A DNA stretch of 64,000 nucleotides from Candidatus Nomurabacteria bacterium (GCA_026396015.1 JAPLXP010000003.1:176974-240973), one strand, 5' to 3'; shown: positions 9,964-19,552, counted from the first letter of the stretch. Translations and numbers: made by a program. The notes: generated from the sequence alone by a model not told the origin.

Positions 9964-10832
9964 AATACATAGACATACATTCACATGTGAATTTCAAAGC
10001 ATTCGACGAAGATCGTGATGCTGTTATTCGTCGGGCACTAGATGCGGATACATGGGTGATAAATGTTGGCACTCAGATAGATACTAGTAGGAAGGCGGTA
10101 GAGATGGCTCATGAATATGAAGAGGGTGTATATGCCATCATCGGATTGCATCCAATACATACAGGCGCATCATATCATGACGAAAAAGAATTGGGTGAGG
10201 GTGGGGTAGAATTCACTTCTCGTGGGGAAATTTTTGATAAGGAAAAATATCTAGAATTACTCCGTGATCCAAAAGTCGTAGCAGTAGGAGAATGTGGACT
10301 CGACTACTATCGCTGCACTCCAGAGACTATTCAAAAACAAAAAGAAGCATTCATCGGACAGATCGAGATTGCAAATGAGGTGGGTAAGCCACTGATGCTG
10401 CATATAAGAAATAATCCAAACTCAGTCCACCCCGGCTTAGTAGCCACCCCTCAAGAGGGGAATAATCCAGATGCATACATGGACGCACTTGAGATTTTAA
10501 AACAATATGCCAAAGTAAAAGGCGACGTGCATTTTTTTGCTGGGTCACCAGATGTAGCCCGTGACTTTGTAGAATTTGGCTTTACTCTATCATTCACAGG
10601 AGTGGTCACATTCACTCACGACTACGATGAGGTGATAAGGCAGACTCCGATCGAGATGATCATGACTGAAACGGATTCACCATACGTGAGCCCAAAGCCC
10701 TACAGGGGTCGCAGGAATGAGCCTGTATATGTACAGGAAATAACTAAGAAAATTGCCGAGATAAAGGGTCTAGATCCAGAGGTTGTGGCTCAAACTGTCA
10801 TATCTAACGCTAAAAGAGTATTCAAAATATAG
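9954..10832 (+). CDS. tatD: TatD family deoxyribonuclease (with 17-codon insert)
   Basis: DIHSH, GLHP, VGECGLDY, ETDSPY, RNEP. Confidence 0.93.
   Translation: MDLKYIDIHSHVNFKAFDEDRDAVIRRALDADTWVINVGTQIDTSRKAVEMAHEYEEGVYAIIGLHPIHTGASYHDEKELGEGGVEFTSRGEIFDKEKYLELLRDPKVVAVGECGLDYYRCTPETIQKQKEAFIGQIEIANEVGKPLMLHIRNNPNSVHPGLVATPQEGNNPDAYMDALEILKQYAKVKGDVHFFAGSPDVARDFVEFGFTLSFTGVVTFTHDYDEVIRQTPIEMIMTETDSPYVSPKPYRGRRNEPVYVQEITKKIAEIKGLDPEVVAQTVISNAKRVFKI
10410..10469 (+). repeat. Palindromic element in-frame in tatD, flanked by 9-bp direct repeat
   Basis: AATAATCCA at 10410 and 10461; hairpins GGCT-tagt-AGCC and CCCCTC-aa-GAGGGG between. Confidence 0.65.
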
Positions 10833-10965
10833 CCTTGCCAAAATAGGGTTTTTCTGCTAATATATGAGGACTGTTTATTTATCCCTGTCCTGAAACGGGG
10901 ATACAAAGGTCCATAATAGACAGATTTTAAAAGTAGTAATTATAAGCGTATTTTACGCAAAGAAT

Positions 10966-11439
10966 ATGGAAAACGAAACAAAAGCTCGCACAGAAGTGTA
11001 CGAGATAGGTTATCTTATGGTTCCTTCTATCGCAGAAGAGAATCTAGGTGCAGAAGTTACAGCATTCAAGGATTTGTTGACTTCACACGGTGTGACATTT
11101 ATTTCAGATGAGTACCCTCGTATGATGGAACTAGCATATGAAATGAGTCGCAGTATTATGAACAAGAAGCAAAAATTCTCATACGGATATTTCGGATGGG
11201 TAAAATTTGAAGTAAGTACAGATCACACTGTAGCTATCAAAGAGATGATGGATAAGAATGAAATTTTTATCCGTTACCTTATGGTCAAGACTGTTCGTGA
11301 GAATACTATGTCACAAAAGCGTGCATACAAAGCTGATGGCCCACGCCGCAAGCCTGCACACACAAAGACAGACGCAGAACAAGCTCCAATCGATGAAGAA
11401 GCTGTTGATAAAGAAATCGACGCTCTCGTGTTAGAATAG
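10966..11439 (+). CDS. rpsF: 30S ribosomal protein S6
   Basis: YEIGYL, LAYEM, GYFGWVKF, IRYL; in rpsF-ssb-rpsR order. Confidence 0.88.
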   Translation: MENETKARTEVYEIGYLMVPSIAEENLGAEVTAFKDLLTSHGVTFISDEYPRMMELAYEMSRSIMNKKQKFSYGYFGWVKFEVSTDHTVAIKEMMDKNEIFIRYLMVKTVRENTMSQKRAYKADGPRRKPAHTKTDAEQAPIDEEAVDKEIDALVLE

Positions 11440-11443
11440 AGGT

Positions 11444-11520
11444 ATTAGTAACTAGTTGCGAGTTTCTAATGACTAGAGTCTAGAAATTTCTAGAACCTAG
11501 AACCTAGAAACTATGCCCTA
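11444..11520. repeat. CTAG-core heptamer tandem/inverted repeat
   Basis: ctagaaatttctagaacctagaacctagaaacta. Confidence 0.7.
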
Positions 11521-11526
11521 ATTTAT

Positions 11527-11979
11527 ATGTATTTAAACAAAGCATTTGTTATCGGAAATTTGACTCGCGATCCAGAGATAAAGGCATTGCCTTCTGGTAT
11601 CAAAGTATGTAGTTTCTCTGTCGCTACCAATCGTGTCTGGAAAGATGCAAATGGTGCAAAACAAGAAGCTGCTGATTATCACAATATCGTAGTATTCGGA
11701 CGCCAAGCAGAGACAGTGGCTCAGTACATGAAAAAGGGTAGTCAGGTTATGATTGAAGGAAGAATGCAGACACGAAGCTGGGATGACGCAGGTACTGGTA
11801 CAAAGAAGTACCGTACAGAAATCATCGCTGATCGAGTGCAATTCGGTTCATCTGGATCACCAGCGAGTGGTACTCCAAGACCATCTACATCAGGGGCATC
11901 AGCACCAAAAGATGATTCATCTATGGACAGTATCGAATACCCAGATGATGCAATCAATGTAGAAGATATACCATTTTAA
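11527..11979 (+). CDS. ssb: Single-stranded DNA-binding protein
   Basis: NKAFVIGNLTRDPE, acidic tail EDIPF. Confidence 0.97.
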   Translation: MYLNKAFVIGNLTRDPEIKALPSGIKVCSFSVATNRVWKDANGAKQEAADYHNIVVFGRQAETVAQYMKKGSQVMIEGRMQTRSWDDAGTGTKKYRTEIIADRVQFGSSGSPASGTPRPSTSGASAPKDDSSMDSIEYPDDAINVEDIPF

Positions 11980-11984
11980 TTAAC

Positions 11985-12063
11985 AACTAATTAGTTTCTA
12001 GTTTCTAGTTTCTAGTGATAAATAAAATTTCCTAGAACCTAGTCCCTAGAACCTAGTCCCTAA
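11985..12063. repeat. CTAG-core heptamer tandem/inverted repeat
   Basis: (tttctag)x3 then cctagaacctagtccctagaacctagtccctaa. Confidence 0.75.
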
Positions 12064-12067
12064 TTTT

Positions 12068-12268
12068 ATGAAACAAGACTATTTTAGTTCAAACAACATA
12101 AAGCATATCGACTATAAAGATATCGAATTGCTAAAACGTTTTTTGTCTCCAGCTGCAAAGATGATGGCTCGCCGACGCACAAGTGTCACAGCTAAGAATC
12201 AACGCAAAGTTGCAGAAGCAGTAAAGCGCGCACGCTTCATGGGCCTACTCCCATACGTTGCAAAGTAA
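12068..12268 (+). CDS. rpsR: 30S ribosomal protein S18
   Basis: IDYKDIELLKRF, QRKVAEAVKRARFMGLLPY. Confidence 0.96.
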   Translation: MKQDYFSSNNIKHIDYKDIELLKRFLSPAAKMMARRRTSVTAKNQRKVAEAVKRARFMGLLPYVAK

Positions 12269-12281
12269 TACTCTTACACAA

Positions 12282-12311
12282 AAAAAACACCCCAGAAATG
12301 GGGTGTTTTTT
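12282..12311. terminator. Bidirectional terminator
   Basis: AAAAAACACCCCA-gaaa-TGGGGTGTTTTTT between convergent genes. Confidence 0.8.
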
Positions 12312-12320
12312 GTATATAAA

Positions 12321-13046
12321 TTATTTCTCTATACCAAGTAATCCGAGGAAGTCTTTTAGTTCTGCTCCTTCTATCTTGCGGTAGTCAGAGTCAGCTATTT
12401 TGCCTAACTGGATGTTCATGATACGTGTACGGAATAGGTCCAATACATCGTGGTGTAGAGCCTCACACATGCGTCGTATCTGGCGTTTCTTGCCTTCTGT
12501 GAGGATTATCTTGAATGTATCACTTGAGGGCTTGCTGGCCTTTGTATTGCGCCATACCTTACACTTCTTTGTAGTAAATCCATCAATACGTATACCGTTT
12601 GCCATCATACCTAAGAATACATCACCAAAGTCCAATCCAAGTTTCACTACGTATTCCTTTTCGTGAATGTATTTAGGGGATAGTAATCTGTCTGTGATGC
12701 GTCCATCGTTTGTCATGATTATCAATCCATGAGAATCTTTATCAAGACGTCCGACAGGGAATACTTTGACGGGGAACTTTGTGACTTTTAATATGTCTTT
12801 GCATCCACGCTCTGGGTTTGTAGATACTCCACGAGCCTTGTTGTATGCATAGTATACATAATCATTTTTGATGGCGCTCTCACGTACTTCTACCTCGTCG
12901 CCTTCGTATACTAGATCGCCTAGCACAGCAGGACGACCATTGATGAGTACGTGGCCTTTCTCGACAAGTGTATCTGCACCCTTACGTGTGGCGTAGTTGT
13001 TCAATGCGAGATATCTGTTTATTCTAATGGGATAAGTGAAGTTCAT
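12321..13046 (-). CDS. rRNA pseudouridine synthase, RsuA/RluB/RluF family
   Basis: S4 domain; PVGRLDKDSHGL, LTEGKKRQIRRM. Confidence 0.92.
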   Translation of the reverse strand: MNFTYPIRINRYLALNNYATRKGADTLVEKGHVLINGRPAVLGDLVYEGDEVEVRESAIKNDYVYYAYNKARGVSTNPERGCKDILKVTKFPVKVFPVGRLDKDSHGLIIMTNDGRITDRLLSPKYIHEKEYVVKLGLDFGDVFLGMMANGIRIDGFTTKKCKVWRNTKASKPSSDTFKIILTEGKKRQIRRMCEALHHDVLDLFRTRIMNIQLGKIADSDYRKIEGAELKDFLGLLGIEK

Positions 13047-14202
13047 TTTTTGCGTGTTTTAATCTTGGTACATAGTATAGTATCGACAATACAAACAAAC
13101 CTAGAATTATGAATAAATATTTAAATGGAAAAAATAAAAGTACGGCTGTGCCTAGTAGTGGTGCGATCAGATAGGATAGTGGTGACATGTCTCTGAATAT
13201 TGATAGCAGATGTGCATCCTCCTCTCTGACATGAGTAAAGAAATACATTTCTGATACTGTCTCTACCATAGCTGCTCCGACTCTAGTCATGCACAATATG
13301 AATGCCCAGAATGCGATACTCTTTGTATCTATAAATGTAATAGCTATAGTGGATAGACTCATTATTATCGTACCTACCACTATTGCTGTTCTTTTATGTA
13401 TTTTATACTTATCAATGATCATTCCTAGTGTCAGTGGTATCACTACGAATGGTGCTAGCATCCATGTGAACATTATTCCGATATTCTCCCATGTGAATCC
13501 TAAGTGCTCCACTAGATATATCGGTGTGTAGATGACCATCCATACAAAGAAAAATTGTAATATAAAATTGATTAAATTTATCGATGCTAGGTGATGCTTT
13601 TCACGGATGAATTTATATGCCTGGAAAAATGGAACTTTTGAATAACTAGCATCATGAAAAGATGGAACCCAAGATATGAATCCTATCATAGTGATGAGTG
13701 CTGTGATAAAAGCAAAAGTATACACAGGTACATATCCATGACCATCACTAGCAAGACGCCCTGTGATAAAAGGTGATATCATCCATGCGATATTGTATAC
13801 AGTCAGGTATACACCGTGAACTCTGCCGATACTTTTCTTGTCACTAAAGTGCTCGACAAATATATCAATACAAAAGAAAAATAATGTATTAGTGATATTG
13901 AACAATACAAAAGCTGTGCCTACTATGTATGGGTTGCTAGAGAATATCATACCAGAAAGACCCAAGACATTCATGAATATGAATGCTAGGGTCAATTTTC
14001 TGTTGCCAAAAGATTTTAGGAAGGATGAACTCTGTGATAAGAATACCAACGATATAATAGATGAGACTACGAAGATAAGTCCGACATATTTTTCCGAGAT
14101 TATTTTAGTTAGAAAACTAGAATTCACATATGCAGAAAGTGCCACATGTAATGAGAATAAAAACGAGAGTATATATGTCTTGTGTATCTTTTTAAGTTTC
14201 AT
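13024..14202 (-). CDS. MFS transporter
   Basis: About 12 TM segments, 392 aa. Confidence 0.8.
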   Translation of the reverse strand: MKLKKIHKTYILSFLFSLHVALSAYVNSSFLTKIISEKYVGLIFVVSSIISLVFLSQSSSFLKSFGNRKLTLAFIFMNVLGLSGMIFSSNPYIVGTAFVLFNITNTLFFFCIDIFVEHFSDKKSIGRVHGVYLTVYNIAWMISPFITGRLASDGHGYVPVYTFAFITALITMIGFISWVPSFHDASYSKVPFFQAYKFIREKHHLASINLINFILQFFFVWMVIYTPIYLVEHLGFTWENIGIMFTWMLAPFVVIPLTLGMIIDKYKIHKRTAIVVGTIIMSLSTIAITFIDTKSIAFWAFILCMTRVGAAMVETVSEMYFFTHVREEDAHLLSIFRDMSPLSYLIAPLLGTAVLLFFPFKYLFIILGLFVLSILYYVPRLKHAKNELHLSH

Positions 14203-14213
14203 AATTTATATTT

Positions 14214-16256
14214 TTATACAGATAGTAATACTGGTATCACTAGTGGGCGCTTTGCTGTATTCTGGAATAGGAATTTAGAGATATTGTCTCCTAGATTTGT
14301 CTTGATCATGTCAAAATTTGCTGGGTGCATACCACGTGTACCATCTTCGATTGTCTTTTTTATTATAAGACGTACTTGATGTAGTAGGTCCTGGTTTTCT
14401 TTTAGATAAATGAATCCACGAGAAATGATGTCAGGGGACTTGCGTAGCTTGCCAGTAGTAGCATCGATCGTCGCGATCAATACGAACATACCATCCTGAG
14501 CTAGCATCACGCGATCGCGTATCACTACTTCTTGCTCGTCACCTACAGAGAATCCATCTACCATCATTGGTGCTGATGGAGCCTTTTCTTTTCGAACCCC
14601 GATCTTTGTACCATTGTCTGTGATTTCAATTAGAGATCCGTTGTCAGGAACTATGATATTTTCTTCTGGCATACCGAGTTCCATAGCTACTTCTCTATGC
14701 TTTACTAGCATAGAGTGGTGTCCATGAATTGGGATAAAGAATTTTGGGTGAGTTTTTCTGTGTAGCCATTTTACATCTTCTTGGTTTCCGTGACCTGTGG
14801 CATGGATTGTCTCCTCTGAAGTTCTGTAACTGATTATCTTTACACCTTGGCGAGTTAGATTGTCTTTTAGTTTTTGTACGGCAATCTCATTTCCTGGAAC
14901 AACAGATGATGACAATATGATAGTATCACCTGGCTTGATGCTGAATTTCTTGTGAGTCTTTGTAGCAATACGTCCTAGTGATGCGAATTCTTCACCTTGA
15001 GCACCAGTCATCAATACGATGACTTTGTTTGGAGGATAGCTGTCTACTTCTTCGATAGGGATGATAGTACCTTTCTTTGGTTGGAATATTCCGGCCTGTT
15101 CACATATCTCTATGTTTGCCTTCATTGATCTTCCATCGAATACTACTTTTTTATCTAGCTCTTCTGCTGTCTCTACAATCTTCATAAGACGAGTGAGGTG
15201 TGAAGAAAAGGCTGCGATGATTATTCGTCCAGTACCTTTTTTGATAAGCTTCTTTAGTCCATCGTTCACCCTTGATTCTGGTTGAGAGAATCCTTCGTTT
15301 TCAATGTTTGTAGAATCAGTTAGCAGACATAGTACATTTTCTTTATCAAAAAATGCATATTCTTTTTCTTCTTCATCAGATACTACTCCATCTATTTGGT
15401 CTAGTTTGTAGTCTCCTGGAGTCACTATTGATCCATATGGAGTCTCAATCACTACTCCCATAGAATCTGGGACTGTGTGAGTCACACCAAAGAATCTGAT
15501 ACGCATTTCTCCTGCGTAGATAACTGTGTCTTTTTCTACTACCTCAGGCTTCAATGCTGGTAGATGGGGGAATTCTTCCTGACGCTTTCTCATCATCAAT
15601 ATTGAGAGATTTCGAGAGTATAGAGTCGGATTGCCGATACGACTCATCACGAGGGGAATACCTCCGATGTGATCAAGGTGACCGTGTGTCACGATCATCG
15701 CACGGATTTTATCTTTGCGTTCTTCTAGATATGTAGTGTTTGGAATAATGTAATCGATACCTGGTGTATCTTCTGTCTTGAATTGCATACCAGCATCGAT
15801 GACGATTATATCGTTACCTATTTCAATTGCTGTCATGTTCTTTCCGATCTCTTCTACTCCTCCGAGTGGAATGATACGTATCACACCTGGTGCTGGTGGA
15901 GGAATTATTGTCTGTTTCTTGCCAGTATTTGTTCGTGGAGATTGAGTGTGTGCTGGGGGTGCTGTACGAGGACGGCGACCACCACCATTCTTGTTCCCAT
16001 ATTGATAACTACCACGATTTATTTTCTTGGCATTTGGGTTTGAATTTGTATTTGTATTTGGGTTTGTGTGTGTTGCTGTCTTTTGTGTGTGTTGTGTATG
16101 GGGCTTTGCATGGGGAGTACTTGTTGTACTCTTTTGGACTGGAAGATTTGATACCGGCTTATGCGCAGTTCGGATATGCTGTCCTATCTGTCTCATCGGT
16201 CGTCCACCTCCTACTGTCTTCCTTGCTCCTTCATACGGCTTTTTCATTTCGTTCAT
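14214..16256 (-). CDS. rnj: Ribonuclease J with long low-complexity N-terminus
   Basis: LGGVEEIGKNM, THGHLDHIGG, HATGHG, PIHG. Confidence 0.94.
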   Translation of the reverse strand: MNEMKKPYEGARKTVGGGRPMRQIGQHIRTAHKPVSNLPVQKSTTSTPHAKPHTQHTQKTATHTNPNTNTNSNPNAKKINRGSYQYGNKNGGGRRPRTAPPAHTQSPRTNTGKKQTIIPPPAPGVIRIIPLGGVEEIGKNMTAIEIGNDIIVIDAGMQFKTEDTPGIDYIIPNTTYLEERKDKIRAMIVTHGHLDHIGGIPLVMSRIGNPTLYSRNLSILMMRKRQEEFPHLPALKPEVVEKDTVIYAGEMRIRFFGVTHTVPDSMGVVIETPYGSIVTPGDYKLDQIDGVVSDEEEKEYAFFDKENVLCLLTDSTNIENEGFSQPESRVNDGLKKLIKKGTGRIIIAAFSSHLTRLMKIVETAEELDKKVVFDGRSMKANIEICEQAGIFQPKKGTIIPIEEVDSYPPNKVIVLMTGAQGEEFASLGRIATKTHKKFSIKPGDTIILSSSVVPGNEIAVQKLKDNLTRQGVKIISYRTSEETIHATGHGNQEDVKWLHRKTHPKFFIPIHGHHSMLVKHREVAMELGMPEENIIVPDNGSLIEITDNGTKIGVRKEKAPSAPMMVDGFSVGDEQEVVIRDRVMLAQDGMFVLIATIDATTGKLRKSPDIISRGFIYLKENQDLLHQVRLIIKKTIEDGTRGMHPANFDMIKTNLGDNISKFLFQNTAKRPLVIPVLLSV

Positions 16257-16287
16257 AAAATTTTATACACGTTTGTGTATTTGTTAG

Positions 16288-18105
16288 TTAATTGTTAATT
16301 TTGTTTTTAGTAAATATTTTCCATACATGGTCATTCTTTGCGTACCATGTGTAGATAGACACAAAACGAGTTTGTGACATTGTTAATGTTGGTATTACCA
16401 TATTTGTGATTTCTGATTTTGTAGCGTAAATATATTGTGGTGAATATATAAATATTGCTGGCATATCACTATTGAATTCTTTTATAAATGATTTATAAAT
16501 ATTTTCTTTGTCACTTGCATCTAGAGTCTTGCTAGCCTTTTCTAATAATGCGTCCACTCTTGGGTTGGAATACATTGCTATATTTAGTCCTGGATCTGTA
16601 CGCTGTGATGAATGCCAGAATGCATATAGATCAGATTCATGACTCACAACTTGGCCAAAGAATAGGCCTTCGTATTTACGAGCACGGATAAGATTGTTCA
16701 GTGCACCCATCTCGTAATTTTTGATTTCTACTCTGATTCCAACTTTTTGCAATTGCTCGGCTATGATATGTGCAGAGCGATCTAGCTCTGTATCATCTCC
16801 TGTTGTGATAGAGAATGACAAATTTGATTTTGGTCCTGCCGGGATAGTAGTTGTCTTTTTTACTGTCTTACCTTTTACTTTTGTAGTCGTTGTTACAGTC
16901 TTTGCTACTCCACCCTTTGTTCTGTATCCATCATCACCTTTTACCCAGCCTGCATTGTCGAGTATCTTGTTTGCTTCATCGATATCAACACTCGCTATCT
17001 CAGTATTTGAATCAGCTAGTATTGTGTCTGGTACAGGATTGTCGATGGTTTTGCCATGGCTGTATAGTACTGTGTCGACTAGTGCTTGTCTGTCTAGTGC
17101 TTCGTTTATAGCATTGATTACATTCTGATCTGCAAAAATTTTATTCTCATTTTGATTGAAGAATAATCCAAACATACGAGGTAGGGTAGATGTGTGTATC
17201 GCATATCCTGCCTTTACTACCTTCTCTGTATTTTCTGGACTGATTCCACCAGCCTGGTCTATGTCACCAGATATTAGTGCATCTACTAATTCTTTTTCAT
17301 TTGCAAAAGATACAATATTTATATTTTTAATATGAGGCAATCCGAGTGCAAATTTTTTGAATCTAGATAGTGAATATGATTCTGGCGTACCGTCACTATT
17401 CTTTTGAATACTGTCGATCATATATGGACCTGAGCCTACAGCCTTGGTATTGAATCCTGAAAGAGAAAATTCAGTAGAATTTATATTCTTCCAGATATGT
17501 AATGGTAGTATTCCTACAGTTGTATTATTTAGGAATGATGCGTAAGGTTGCTTTAATTTAAATGCGATAGTTTTGTCGTCTATCTTTACTGCATCTACAC
17601 TATCCCATTGAGCTTTGCGTGGGCTCTTGATCAATGGATCCTTTATCTTATCTATAGTGAATATAATATCGTCTACTGTGATTGGTGTTTTGTCATGAAA
17701 AATCAATTTACTTTTCAATTTAAAAGTATAAGTCAATCCATCGTCTGATATAGTAGGCATAGATTCTGCAAGATCTGGTATTATACTGCCATCTGGCATT
17801 TTTCTCATGAGACCTGAGTATACTAGCGTAGTCATATCTTTATCAGCATTGGATACTGATAGTACTGGATTCACAAGAGCTGGAATACCGATGATACCTT
17901 CAGTGATACTACCACCATCTTCTGGTACAGATACCATAAAGTAATTATTTATATGCACAAGTATTATCACTATCGAGATAATAGTGATAACAACTGCAGA
18001 CACAAAAATACCTAGTTGATTTGGGGTGAGGGTGTTGTACGCGTTTTTAAGTTCTAATCTTTTAGGAATACGAAAAGCTTTTATAAATGAGAAAAATGAT
18101 TGCAT
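16288..18105 (-). CDS. Family 5 (peptide/nickel) ABC substrate-binding protein, membrane-anchored
   Basis: LVYSGL, PDLAES, DGLTYTFKL, GSGPY motifs. Confidence 0.85.
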   Translation of the reverse strand: MQSFFSFIKAFRIPKRLELKNAYNTLTPNQLGIFVSAVVITIISIVIILVHINNYFMVSVPEDGGSITEGIIGIPALVNPVLSVSNADKDMTTLVYSGLMRKMPDGSIIPDLAESMPTISDDGLTYTFKLKSKLIFHDKTPITVDDIIFTIDKIKDPLIKSPRKAQWDSVDAVKIDDKTIAFKLKQPYASFLNNTTVGILPLHIWKNINSTEFSLSGFNTKAVGSGPYMIDSIQKNSDGTPESYSLSRFKKFALGLPHIKNINIVSFANEKELVDALISGDIDQAGGISPENTEKVVKAGYAIHTSTLPRMFGLFFNQNENKIFADQNVINAINEALDRQALVDTVLYSHGKTIDNPVPDTILADSNTEIASVDIDEANKILDNAGWVKGDDGYRTKGGVAKTVTTTTKVKGKTVKKTTTIPAGPKSNLSFSITTGDDTELDRSAHIIAEQLQKVGIRVEIKNYEMGALNNLIRARKYEGLFFGQVVSHESDLYAFWHSSQRTDPGLNIAMYSNPRVDALLEKASKTLDASDKENIYKSFIKEFNSDMPAIFIYSPQYIYATKSEITNMVIPTLTMSQTRFVSIYTWYAKNDHVWKIFTKNKINN

Positions 18106-18167
18106 TGTAAAATAGAATAGAAGGGAATATACCCCTACTATATGAGTTTAATAATTAAGTAAACGAT

Positions 18168-18401
18168 TTACTTAACGAGTATTGCAACAAAAGCTGAAGC
18201 AGCGAATAGTACGCCTACTATGATGGTAGTTATAAAAAGGAATTTATCGAAACCCCTACGAGTGTGGTATAGAGCACCACTGTCTCCACCTCCAAAAGCA
18301 CCACCAGACCCTGCGTCTGATTGTTGGAGTAATATAGCAACGACCAAAATAACAGACAGAATAATCTGTATATACGGTAATAGTTTAGCAATAATCGTCA
18401 T
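18168..18401 (-). CDS. secG: Preprotein translocase SecG
   Basis: Two TM helices around LLQQSDAGSGGAFGG, RRGFDKFL. Confidence 0.9.
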   Translation of the reverse strand: MTIIAKLLPYIQIILSVILVVAILLQQSDAGSGGAFGGGDSGALYHTRRGFDKFLFITTIIVGVLFAASAFVAILVK

Positions 18402-18480
18402 ACAGATATACTACCTTATTTGGGGGTAAAATGCAAGAAAAAGAGGGGAAAAGTAGATAAATAAAGGCTGGGTATCCATA

Positions 18481-18509
18481 TTGACAAAATGGTGTTTTGG
18501 GTGTATAAT
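18481..18509 (+). promoter_or_regulatory. Consensus sigma70 promoter
   Basis: TTGACA-17 nt-TATAAT. Confidence 0.8.
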
Positions 18510-18531
18510 ATGATTAATAAATTGAGAAAAT

Positions 18532-18810
18532 ATGAATAAATTAATCAAAGCGACCTTACTAGGTTGCATTAAAACCCTTAGGGTTATTGCTTTCGTTATT
18601 ATCGGGTTAGGTTGTGCTGCGTTTATTGTGGCGACCTGCTATGTGGGGTTCCAGATATGGAATCACATGAATGGAGTATTACTTGTAATGAGTGACTCAA
18701 TGCGCGGAAACTTAATGATTGCCTTGGTATTAACCTCAGCTCCAGTTGCAATCGGAGCAATGGGAGTCATGAGTACCGATGCTATGCTTAAAAAGCTTAA
18801 AATAGCTTAA
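18532..18810 (+). CDS. Small two-TM hypothetical protein
   Basis: 92-aa ORF between a consensus promoter and a terminator at 18827-18858. Confidence 0.6.
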   Translation: MNKLIKATLLGCIKTLRVIAFVIIGLGCAAFIVATCYVGFQIWNHMNGVLLVMSDSMRGNLMIALVLTSAPVAIGAMGVMSTDAMLKKLKIA

Positions 18811-18862
18811 AGCTGAAATTTAAATTAAAAAACGACTATTGAAAATAGCCGTTTTTTTATTG

Positions 18863-18946
18863 TGCCGGGGAGAAGACTTGAACTTCCATGAGTGTAACCT
18901 CGCTTGCTCCTAAGGCAAGTGCGTCTACCAATTTCGCCACCCCGGC
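18863..18946 (-). tRNA. tRNA-Leu(TAG)
   Basis: GCCGGGG acceptor, CTTGC-CTTAGGA-GCAAG anticodon arm, long variable arm, GTTCAAGT. Confidence 0.93.
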
Positions 18947-19123
18947 ATATTTAAATACAAGAATACAATAGCACAAAAAACTAAAATTAAAAACTACGGT
19001 CGGATATCTCGGCTTACTGCCGCTGGTATTTTTCAATCTCGTTCCTCAATAATGAAAAATCTTTCGATTCCGCCACAGACGCAAAGTAGTTTGCGTCTTC
19101 TAGCGAAAAACTTCGTTTTTCTG

Positions 19124-19195
19124 AGGCCTAGGGCGGAATCGAACCGCCGTATAAAGATTTTGCAGATCTTTGCCTTACCACTTGGCCACTAGGCC
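19124..19195 (-). tRNA. tRNA-Cys(GCA)
   Basis: GGCCTAG acceptor, AAGAT-CTGCAAA-ATCTT, GGTTCGATTCC, U discriminator. Confidence 0.93.
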
Positions 19196-19222
19196 TTCAT
19201 TACATCATTGTGCCTTTACATA

Positions 19223-19549
19223 CTAACCGTTTTGGAGTAATTCGTCAATTTTTTGACGATTCTTTTCTCCGAGGTCTATCGCTACATCTAGATATGGGAT
19301 AGGGTGTATCTTGAGTTGCTTCATGATGAATGTACGCATTTCTCCAAGATTTCTCTTTACGAATCCATATGCAGCTTGCTCTTTGTCTACTGGTAGGGCT
19401 GTGATTAGGATCTTTGCATTTCTGCCATCAGATGACATCTCTACTCCGGTTACAGTTATCAATGATGAAATACCACCTTCTTTTTCTATGAAGGTTGCTG
19501 CTAGTTCACGTATTCGTGATGTTATTTTTTCGTCTCTATGATTTGCCAT
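19223..19549 (-). CDS. rbfA: Ribosome-binding factor A
   Basis: ITVTGVEMSSDGRNAKI, IPYL; directly after infB. Confidence 0.85.
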   Translation of the reverse strand: MANHRDEKITSRIRELAATFIEKEGGISSLITVTGVEMSSDGRNAKILITALPVDKEQAAYGFVKRNLGEMRTFIMKQLKIHPIPYLDVAIDLGEKNRQKIDELLQNG

Positions 19550-19552
19550 ATA

